Virus record (IMG/VR): IMGVR_UViG_3300037313_002051
Coordinates: 1-30,882 of that record
Length of the DNA: 30,882 nucleotides
Strand: one strand, 5' to 3'
Source of the DNA: a virus
Taxonomy: Duplodnaviria; Caudoviricetes
The position numbers and the translations under genes were made by a program. Each line of letters starts with the position of its first letter. Position 1 is the stretch's first letter. The notes below the pieces were generated by a model. The model had not been told where the DNA came from. It did no database searches and saw nothing but the letters and a program-made list of their open reading frames with translations. Below, piece by piece: positions 1 through 7,121 of the stretch.

Positions 1-2
1 GC

Positions 3-113
3 TACAAGAAGTACGTGCGCTGGATCTGCTCGGCCGTCAGCGGTACGACGCCGTCGCTCCCGACGGACGCGGGCTTCATCCTCGGTCACCCGCACGCGTA
101 CATCGGGTACTGA
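3..113 (+). CDS. 3' end of a head-region gene, partial (possibly head decoration/cement protein)
   Basis: Open frame from the window edge, YKKYVRWICSAVSGTTPSLPTDAGFILGHPHAYIGY*, ending TGA 111-113 just before the head-tail connector ATG. Function inferred from position only. Confidence 0.5.
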   Translation, partial: YKKYVRWICSAVSGTTPSLPTDAGFILGHPHAYIGY

Positions 114-116
114 TCG

Positions 117-1049
117 ATGACTCTCTTCCTCGTTACCCCGCCAGCCTCCGAGCCGCTTAGCCTCCTCGAAGCGCAGGCACATCTCCGGCTCGACGCGTCG
201 AACCTCGAGCCCGCGCCGGTCGCGCCGTTAGTGGCTCTCGCGAGCGCTGGCGCGGGTAACGTGGACGAGGGCGTGCATCGCTATCGCGTGACGTTCGTGA
301 CCGCCGACGGAGAGACCGAAGGAGGCGTCCCGTCGTCGGCTGTAACGATCAGTGACCAGACGACGAACGGGCAAGTGGCCGTTACGATGATCCCGCTCGG
401 CGGTCCTCACGTGCTCGCGCGCAAACTCTATCGCACGCTGGCGAACGGCGCGGAGTACTTTCTGCTCGCGACGCTCGACGATAACGCGACGACGACGTAC
501 AGCGACGACGCGCCGGACGTTGCGCTCGGCGTCGGCTGCCCGACGCTGAACACGACGGGCGACCCGTACCTGCTCAATTGCATCGCCACGGCGCGCGAAG
601 ACGTTGAGGCTTACTGCCGGCGCGCGCTCATTCGACAGACGTGGCGCCTCGTGCTCGATGGCTTTCCGGCTTGCGACGAGATCGCGCTGCGGCGCCCGCC
701 CCTGCTCGGCGTCGTCGCCGTGAATTACCTCGATCTCACGAATACCCAGCAGTTGCTCGACGACACTGTGTACGAGGTCGACCCGTACGCGCTGCCGCCG
801 CGCCTGCTACTCGGCTATCAGCAGTTCTGGCCGCCGACGTTTCCGAAGCGCAACGCCGTCAGCGTCGACTTTGAGTGCGGCTACGGCGATTCGCCCGCGA
901 GCGTCCCGCAGTCGATCCGCACGGCGATGAAGCTCATCGTTGGCGACCTCTACGAAAATCGCGAGCCGTACATCAAGGGCACGATCATCAACGAGTCGCC
1001 GACGCTGCGGCGCTTACTGACGCACTATCGCTACAAGGAGATGGTGTAA
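117..1049 (+). CDS. Head-tail connector protein (gp6/phiE125 gp8-like) with an inserted beta-rich domain
   Basis: N-terminal PPASEPLSLLEAQAHLRLD, then IATAREDVEAYCRRALIRQTW, and C-terminal AVSVDFECGYG..VPQSIRTAMKLIVGDLYENRE are typical of this family. About 120 extra residues lie between the first two blocks. Confidence 0.9.
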   Translation: MTLFLVTPPASEPLSLLEAQAHLRLDASNLEPAPVAPLVALASAGAGNVDEGVHRYRVTFVTADGETEGGVPSSAVTISDQTTNGQVAVTMIPLGGPHVLARKLYRTLANGAEYFLLATLDDNATTTYSDDAPDVALGVGCPTLNTTGDPYLLNCIATAREDVEAYCRRALIRQTWRLVLDGFPACDEIALRRPPLLGVVAVNYLDLTNTQQLLDDTVYEVDPYALPPRLLLGYQQFWPPTFPKRNAVSVDFECGYGDSPASVPQSIRTAMKLIVGDLYENREPYIKGTIINESPTLRRLLTHYRYKEMV

Positions 1050-1378
1050 TGCGCGCCGGTGACCTGCGCACGCGCGCTCTGCTTCAGGCCCGTGTCGAGC
1101 GCGACGACGAGATGGGAGGCAAAGCCGTCTCGTACGCGACGCTCGGCGCACTGTGGTGTAGCGTCGTCACCGAGGGTCGCGACGCGCGCGAGCTGTACGA
1201 GGCGCGCAAGCTCAACCCGAAGCTCACGCATCTCGTCCAGGCGCGCTATCGGCCCGGCGTCACGCCGAAGATGCGGCTGATCGTCGCCCAGCGCGTGCTC
1301 GACATCGTCGGCGTCGTCGATCGCGATGGGCGCCACGCCGAGATGCACTTGCTTTGCGAGGAGGTCGTCCGTGCCTGA
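1049..1378 (+). CDS. Head closure / head-tail adaptor (SPP1 gp16-like)
   Basis: ATG overlaps the upstream TAA (TAATG). Motifs MRAGDLRTR..Q, DEMGG, THLVQARYRPGVTPKMRL, DIVGVVD.DGRHAEMHLLCEE. Confidence 0.88.
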   Translation: MRAGDLRTRALLQARVERDDEMGGKAVSYATLGALWCSVVTEGRDARELYEARKLNPKLTHLVQARYRPGVTPKMRLIVAQRVLDIVGVVDRDGRHAEMHLLCEEVVRA

Positions 1379-1904
1379 CGTGAAGATCACGACCGTTCTC
1401 GAAGGCGTGCCGAACTTCGTTCGCGCCGTGCAGCGCACAGACGAACGCACGCGTGTCGAAACGATTGCCGCCGTCAAGCGCGGGGCCGAGATCGTCGCCG
1501 CGAAAGCGCGCGCTCGCGCCCCGCGTCGCTCGGGCGAACTCGCGGAGACGATTCGGCCCGAGCCGTCGAAGAACGAAATGGTCTTCTACGTCAAGGCCGG
1601 CTACGGCAAGCTCCTGCGGCGCTCGCGCGCGAATAGCTCACAGCGCGCCGCGAAGCAGTTTGCCAAGCAGCAGTCGCGGCGCGAGGGGAATAAGCTCCAG
1701 CTCGCGCTGGCGAATAACTCGCGGCAGGCGCTGAGCGTCGTCGATCTCGGCGTCTACGCGCCGGTTGTCGAGCGCGGTGACCGTCGCCGACACAAGCCGA
1801 AGCGACCCTTTCTCGTGCCGTCGCTCGTCGAAGAGCGCGAGGCCATCGCCGCCGACATCAAGCGCGCGCCCGAGCGCGCGGCGCGAGAGGCCGGACTCGA
1901 ATGA
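1371..1904 (+). CDS. HK97 gp10-like tail completion/neck protein
   Basis: GTG start overlapping the previous stop. Motifs AKARARAPRRSGELAETI, YAPVVERG and PKRPFLVPSL. Confidence 0.85.
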   Translation: MPDVKITTVLEGVPNFVRAVQRTDERTRVETIAAVKRGAEIVAAKARARAPRRSGELAETIRPEPSKNEMVFYVKAGYGKLLRRSRANSSQRAAKQFAKQQSRREGNKLQLALANNSRQALSVVDLGVYAPVVERGDRRRHKPKRPFLVPSLVEEREAIAADIKRAPERAAREAGLE

Positions 1905-2347
1905 GCTACTCCGGATTAAACCCGACCCAGCTCGCCGTCGTCCAGCGCTTGCGCGCGAGCGCGGCAATAGCGTCACGCGTGACGGGTATTCTCGACGCCG
2001 TGCCGGAGGGGCAGGCGTTTCCGTACATCGCCTTTGTCGACCCGAGCGAAGTCCCCAATCGCTACTTCGGCCAGAACGGCCACCTCGTCGTTTTCTCCCT
2101 CGAGATCGTCACGCAGGACGGCTCGAGAACGCCCGAGGGGCGCGGCAGCGCCGGCAATCGGGAAGGCGGCGAGATCGTCGAGCTGGTCGTCAACGAGCTC
2201 ACAGATCTCTCCAACCCCATCCTCGTCGAAGGCCACGATGTCGTCGACGTCGATATAGAATCGGTCGTTGTCTCCGTCGACGACGACGGCACGACGCGGC
2301 GTCACCAGCTGACCTTTACCGCCGAACTCGAGGACGAGTTGTTATGA
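1901..2347 (+). CDS. Tail terminator (DUF3168/SPP1 gp17-like)
   Basis: ATGA overlap. Motif ILDAVPEGQAFPYIAF, C-terminal DDGTTRRHQLTF, and the expected position. Confidence 0.85.
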   Translation: MSYSGLNPTQLAVVQRLRASAAIASRVTGILDAVPEGQAFPYIAFVDPSEVPNRYFGQNGHLVVFSLEIVTQDGSRTPEGRGSAGNREGGEIVELVVNELTDLSNPILVEGHDVVDVDIESVVVSVDDDGTTRRHQLTFTAELEDELL

Positions 2348-2568
2348 TGACGCTGGACCGCGCGGACCTTGTCGCCCATCTCGTCGAGATGCGCAATCGC
2401 ATTGACGCCGCGCTTACGATCCTCGTCGGAAACGACGAGCAGGCGCCCGCTTGCTCGCACCCGCCCGAGTCGATCGTCGACGCCTCGACGATGGACGACG
2501 ACGGCGATCAGTACCGCTGCACGCGATGCGGCCTGACGAAGTCCGAACCCTTCTACACGGAGACATAA
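2344..2568 (+). CDS. Small hypothetical protein with CxH...CxxC (possible Zn-binding)
   Basis: ATG 2344 overlaps the previous stop and the ORF fills the gap to the tail tube gene. MMTLDRADL...ACSHPP...YRCTRCG. Confidence 0.65.
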   Translation: MMTLDRADLVAHLVEMRNRIDAALTILVGNDEQAPACSHPPESIVDASTMDDDGDQYRCTRCGLTKSEPFYTET

Positions 2569-2572
2569 GCGT

Positions 2573-2986
2573 ATGCCCGGAACGCCTGGCAAGAAGGCGC
2601 GCGTCAAGTGGTGCGCGACGTCCGGTGGCTCCTACGTCGTCATTCAGGGGCTGCGGTCGTTCAACCACTCGATCGACGGCGCGAACATCGATGATTCGGA
2701 ATTCGGCGTCGACTGGGTGCAGCGCATCCAGGGCCTCAAGGACGGGAAGCTCACGCTCACCGGCATGCGTCGCCTCGGCGATACGAACGGACAGAACGCG
2801 CTTCTCACGGCGTACCTCAACGACACGTCGATCTACATTCAGGTCCTGCCGGACAACGGCACGACGAGCGGCGTTGGTTTTCAGCAGGAGATGAAGGTGT
2901 CGAAGTTCGCCGGTGACTCGGCGGTCGACGGCGGCATCGGGCTCTCGATCGAACTCGAGGGCACGGGCGCCATCACGCTCGTCTAA
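2573..2986 (+). CDS. Major tail tube protein (TP901-1-like, minimal 137 aa)
   Basis: IDDSEFGVDWVQRIQGLKDGKLTLTG and VDGGIGLSIELEGTGAIT resemble siphophage tail tube proteins. Position after the terminator fits. Confidence 0.85.
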   Translation: MPGTPGKKARVKWCATSGGSYVVIQGLRSFNHSIDGANIDDSEFGVDWVQRIQGLKDGKLTLTGMRRLGDTNGQNALLTAYLNDTSIYIQVLPDNGTTSGVGFQQEMKVSKFAGDSAVDGGIGLSIELEGTGAITLV

Positions 2987-3007
2987 TCCCTTTCCGCGAG
3001 GATTCGT

Positions 3008-3655
3008 ATGCCTGGCACCGCCGGTCGCCGCGGTCTCGTTAAGGTCCCTGGCGCAGCCGTCGCGCTCGCGGCCGAGGCGACGACGAACGCGGGCGACGAT
3101 CAGACCTACCAGATCACGAACGCGGCAAAGCGCGTCCTCGACCCGACGGCGACGATTACCGTCAACATCGGGGGCGTCGCGATGCCGGCGGGCGGGGCCG
3201 ACCCGTGGACGCTGAATCGACTCACGGGGACGGTCACGTTTGCGAGCGCGGACGGCGCGCGCGGCGCCGTGACGATCGACGGCTATTACTTGCCTCTCTC
3301 CGTCGCGGTCGGCGTGCGTGGTTACAACTACTCGCTCTCGGCCGTCAACGCCGACGACACGGACTACGACTCGGCGAATACGGATAACGGGTTCCAGCGC
3401 CGGGTGCAGACGCAACTCGACGTCACGGGCACGCTGACGGCGAAGTGGCGCGGCGACGGCTTCTTCCGCGACGCATTGCTCAACGCGGACCTCGTCGTCA
3501 TCGTGCTCTACGCGGATCGCTCGCTGAAGCCAGATCTCACGGCGTGGGCCGTGCTCTCGAAAGCGGGCCTTAGCGCCGCGCTCGAAAGCGTTCACGACGC
3601 CGACGTGGAGTGGCAGGGCACGACGGACGCCGACGGGCGCGCGGCGTCGCAATAG
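3008..3655 (+). CDS. Second tail-tube-like protein with an inserted accessory domain
   Basis: RBS GAGGA. Starts MPGTAGRRGLVK (compare MPGTPGKKARVK). C-terminal part VGVRGYNYSL..NADDTDY..FQRRVQTQLDVTGTL..VEWQGT parallels the first tube gene. Confidence 0.7.
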   Translation: MPGTAGRRGLVKVPGAAVALAAEATTNAGDDQTYQITNAAKRVLDPTATITVNIGGVAMPAGGADPWTLNRLTGTVTFASADGARGAVTIDGYYLPLSVAVGVRGYNYSLSAVNADDTDYDSANTDNGFQRRVQTQLDVTGTLTAKWRGDGFFRDALLNADLVVIVLYADRSLKPDLTAWAVLSKAGLSAALESVHDADVEWQGTTDADGRAASQ

Positions 3656-3692
3656 CATGATTCCCTCTCTTCTTCCTCTCACAGTCCTTCCC

Positions 3693-4082
3693 ATGAGCAT
3701 CGATCTGCGCAGCAGGGTTATTCGCGGTGGCGCGCTCCAGCGCAAGGAAGTCCAGCTCGTCGTCGACGGCGAACTGCTCGTTATCGACATGCTGAGTCTC
3801 TCGTCGGCCGACCGCGGCGAAATACTCAACACGTGCATGACGACGAACGACGAGGGCGAGAGCGTCGCCGACCAGGCGAAGCTCGGGCCGCGACTCGTCG
3901 TCAAGTGCGCCGTCGCGCACGGCACGACCGATCGCATCTTCTCCGACGCCGATGTCGACGTTGTCGGCTCGCTCGACGCCGCGTTCCTCGACCCGCTCGT
4001 CAAAGCGGGCGTGCAGATCTCGGGGCTCGCCGGCGAATCGCTGAAGGTGGCGGAGGGAAACTCCGGCAAGACCACGGGCTGA
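3693..4082 (+). CDS. Tail assembly chaperone (gpG-like)
   Basis: Lies between tail tube and tape measure, has LSSADR and RIFSDADVD motifs, and carries a slippery site near its 3' end. Start could alternatively be 3657. Confidence 0.85.
   Translation: MSIDLRSRVIRGGALQRKEVQLVVDGELLVIDMLSLSSADRGEILNTCMTTNDEGESVADQAKLGPRLVVKCAVAHGTTDRIFSDADVDVVGSLDAAFLDPLVKAGVQISGLAGESLKVAEGNSGKTTG
4055..4061 (+). other. -1 programmed ribosomal frameshift site G GGA AAC
   Basis: X XXY YYZ heptamer in register with the chaperone frame (GAG GGA AAC). The -1 frame stays open to TAA at 4258. Confidence 0.88.
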
Positions 4083-4258
4083 GGTTTCGCTTCGCCCTCG
4101 CGGCGAAACTGAAAATGTCCGTGGCCGAACTCGGCGAGCGCGTTTCCTCACTGGAGATGACGTACTGGCAAGCGTTCTTCAAGCTGGAGAAGGAAGACCT
4201 CGATCGCGCGACGAAGACACCGACGGCGCGCGACGATGAAGCCGAGATGAACGACTAA
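4055..4258 (+). CDS. Frameshifted C-terminal extension of the chaperone (gpGT-like)
   Basis: The -1 frame reads LRQDHGLRFRFALAAKLKMSVAELGERVSSLEMTYWQAFF, typical of gpT segments, and ends just before the tape measure gene. Confidence 0.82.
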   Translation, partial: GKLRQDHGLRFRFALAAKLKMSVAELGERVSSLEMTYWQAFFKLEKEDLDRATKTPTARDDEAEMND

Positions 4259-4276
4259 ACTCTGGAGCAATCCCCA

Positions 4277-6769
4277 ATGGCCGCTGGCTCGCTCGTCGTT
4301 CGCATCGGGGCCAATATCAACGACTTCTCGTCAAAGCTCAACAAGATGACGAAGGAAGTCAGCCAGGCCTCGCGCACGCTGACGGACGTCGGCAAGTCGA
4401 TGACGCTGGGGATTACGCTCCCGGTCGGACTCGCGATTGGCGCGCTCGCGAAGATGGCCGTCGAGAACGAAGCCGTCGGGCGCAAACTCGAGCGCACGTT
4501 TGGCGCGGCGACGGCGCACATCTCGCAACAGTTGCAGCAGATGATGAAGATCGTGCCGGAAGCGGAAACGGAGATGCAGAAGTTTGCGATCACGACGGAC
4601 GACTTCGCCGTCGGGCTCGGGATGGCCGCGCCGAAAGCGGCGCAGTTTTCCCAGAGCGTTATGCAGATCGCCGCGCAACTCTCCGCCGGCAAGATGATCG
4701 CGTACGGCGAAGCACTCGACATCGTCGAGAAGTCGCTCGCCGGGCAGACGCGCGGACTGAAATCCGTCGGCATCGTCATCGAGCAGGCGCAAGTGAAGCA
4801 AGAAGCGTATCGCCTCGGCCTACTGAAGGTCGGGCAGGAGCTGACGCCGCTCGGGACGGCACTCGCTACGTATTCGCTGCTCACCCAGCAAGCCTCGCGC
4901 TTCTCGGGCGAGGCCGGCGCGCAGGCGCAGGATACGGGGCGCAAGCTCGCTTTCCTCAAGCGGGACTTGACCGAGCTGGCTGATAAGACGAGCGACGCGC
5001 TGATCCCGGCGCTTACGGTTTTCGTCGAGATCGGGCGCGTTGTCATCGACGTGCTCACCGCGATCCCGATGTGGATGCGCGGCACAATCCTCGCCATCGC
5101 CGCCTTTGCGGCCGTCGTCGGCCCGACGATTATCGTTGTCGCGAAGCTGACGGAAGCGATCATCGCGCTACGCGCCGCGTCGACCCTGCTGGCCGCCTCG
5201 GGCGGTATCGCGAAGATCCTCGCGGTGCTCGCGAACCCCGCCGTTATCGCTGGCATCGTCGCCCTCGGTCTTGTTATCGGCGCCCTTGTCGTCGCGTGGA
5301 GGCATTTCCACAAAGCCGTGCAGGATACGCCGAAGCTCGACCCGCTCGCGAACGTGAAAGACCTTCTGAAGGGTCTCGGCGGAGCGACGTCGATGTCTAC
5401 GGATTCGCCGCTCGAAGCCTTGAAGAAGCGCGCAAACGCGCTCACGCGAGGCCTGGAGCTTGCCGTTGATGCGGGTACGCCGTTGATCGATGCACAGACG
5501 CGCCTGCGCGATATGGCTAAGGAGGCGCTCGACATCTACGCACAACAAGCAGATAAGTTCGGGGAGATGGCGTTAGCGGCGCGCGAAATCGTGCTTCAGC
5601 TCCGCCGCGCGGCGAGCTTTGAGTTCGTCGCGACGTTCGCGAACCGTAGCATGCCCGGGCAGACGTTCGCGTCGGGGATACGCGATGCGTCGTTTGCAGC
5701 GGCGTCTAATGCCTCCCTGAGTCGCCAGGCCGTTACCCAGCTCATCAATAACGAAACGTCACTTCGCTTGCGCGAGATCTTGGTCGGGATGCCAAACGCG
5801 TTTAACGCGACACGCGTCGCGGCGATCGAGATGGGCGAAGGCTTCCGGCGCGCGAGCGACAACTTCCGCGTCGAGCTGGCGAAGTTCAAGACGTCGTGGT
5901 CGAGCGCGGCGAGCATCGGCAAGAGCTTGAAGGCCGGCTTCGAGGACGCCGCGTCTTCGATGCTCGCCGACTTTACGCCCGCCGGTCTCGCCGCGCAGGC
6001 GCTCGGGAAGGTGCTCGAGGGACTTCAGCCCGTGCTCGAGACGCTGATGGTGCCGCTCGTCGAACTCGGGAAGATCATCGGCATCATGCTGACGCCCGTG
6101 CTGAAGATTCTCTTCCCCGTGCTCAAATACTTCGGTATCGCGACCGCGCTCGTTGGCGAGGTCATTGCGCGCGTCGTCGCGGGACTCGCCACAGCGGTCG
6201 GTAAGCTCTTCGTCGGCATCGGTAACCTACTGAACAAGGTGCCGTTCTTGCACCTCGGTGACCCGGTGAAGAAGCTCGGCGAAGGGATCTTGCGCTTCGC
6301 GGACGAGCAGTACGAAACGGCGGACCAGCTGAAGCGCGCGCGCAAGGAGCTGAGCGAGATGTCCTGGGACGACGCGGCCGGCGGCGTGAACAAGCTCGCC
6401 GAAGCGGCGCGCGACGCGGCCGAGGAACTCACGAATCTGCCGCAAGCGTTCAAGGTTCAGCTCGCGCGCTGGCGCGCCACGCTCCCGATCGGGAACGAGC
6501 CGAACGTGCCCGTTCCGCACGGCTGGCCGGCGGGCGGGCAGTTCATGCCGATCGCGCCGACACCGGCCGGCGGGTGGACGACCGGGGCGGGGGGCGCTGG
6601 GCTCGGCGGGTTTACGCCGGGCTCGGGTGCGCTCGACGATCGCACGCCGCTGAACATCAACCTCGACGGGAAGACGATTGCGCAGACGACGCTCGGCCTC
6701 TTGCGCCTCGCCGCCCAGCGCCAGTACGGCGACGCGAGCCGGATCAACGACGTCACTTCGGTGAGATAG
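4277..6769 (+). CDS. Tape measure protein
   Basis: 830 aa, Ala/Leu-rich and helical. N-terminal GSLVVRIGAN, GKSMTLGITLP, and C-terminal NINLDGKTIA. Follows the chaperone. Confidence 0.95.
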   Translation: MAAGSLVVRIGANINDFSSKLNKMTKEVSQASRTLTDVGKSMTLGITLPVGLAIGALAKMAVENEAVGRKLERTFGAATAHISQQLQQMMKIVPEAETEMQKFAITTDDFAVGLGMAAPKAAQFSQSVMQIAAQLSAGKMIAYGEALDIVEKSLAGQTRGLKSVGIVIEQAQVKQEAYRLGLLKVGQELTPLGTALATYSLLTQQASRFSGEAGAQAQDTGRKLAFLKRDLTELADKTSDALIPALTVFVEIGRVVIDVLTAIPMWMRGTILAIAAFAAVVGPTIIVVAKLTEAIIALRAASTLLAASGGIAKILAVLANPAVIAGIVALGLVIGALVVAWRHFHKAVQDTPKLDPLANVKDLLKGLGGATSMSTDSPLEALKKRANALTRGLELAVDAGTPLIDAQTRLRDMAKEALDIYAQQADKFGEMALAAREIVLQLRRAASFEFVATFANRSMPGQTFASGIRDASFAAASNASLSRQAVTQLINNETSLRLREILVGMPNAFNATRVAAIEMGEGFRRASDNFRVELAKFKTSWSSAASIGKSLKAGFEDAASSMLADFTPAGLAAQALGKVLEGLQPVLETLMVPLVELGKIIGIMLTPVLKILFPVLKYFGIATALVGEVIARVVAGLATAVGKLFVGIGNLLNKVPFLHLGDPVKKLGEGILRFADEQYETADQLKRARKELSEMSWDDAAGGVNKLAEAARDAAEELTNLPQAFKVQLARWRATLPIGNEPNVPVPHGWPAGGQFMPIAPTPAGGWTTGAGGAGLGGFTPGSGALDDRTPLNINLDGKTIAQTTLGLLRLAAQRQYGDASRINDVTSVR

Positions 6770-6773
6770 CGTT

Positions 6774-7118
6774 ATGGCCTTCTTGACCATCGCGGGAACG
6801 ACGATTGGCGTTTCCGTCAGTAGTGCGACGCAAAAGGAGTCGACGCGCATTGGCTCGGATTCGCGCGCGTACTCCGGCGCGTATCGCTCGACGGTGCGCG
6901 CGGAGAAGCGCGTCTGGGAAGTGACGACGAAGCATCTCAGCACAAGCGAGGAGGCCGCGCTGCGCACGGCTACGGCGCTCGGCGCGCAGGTCACGGTCAA
7001 CGGCGATATGGTCAGCAATGTCGCCGTGACGTGCCGCGTCTTCGTCGGTGAGGCGCGGTACGTCGCCGTCAAGGGCGGTCGCAAGCGCGTCGTCACGCTG
7101 CGCATCGAGGAGGTCTAA
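6774..7118 (+). CDS. Distal tail (Dit-like) protein, minimal
   Basis: 114 aa beta-rich ORF directly after the tape measure gene, with RAYSG..RS.VRAEKRVWEV and a terminal LRIEEV. Confidence 0.7.
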   Translation: MAFLTIAGTTIGVSVSSATQKESTRIGSDSRAYSGAYRSTVRAEKRVWEVTTKHLSTSEEAALRTATALGAQVTVNGDMVSNVAVTCRVFVGEARYVAVKGGRKRVVTLRIEEV

Positions 7119-7121
7119 GCG

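Noticed and set aside
2414-4075. 553-aa minus-strand ORF and the many other overlapping ORFs in the track
   Set aside because: They overlap well-supported genes in other frames and have low-information Arg/Ser/Ala composition.
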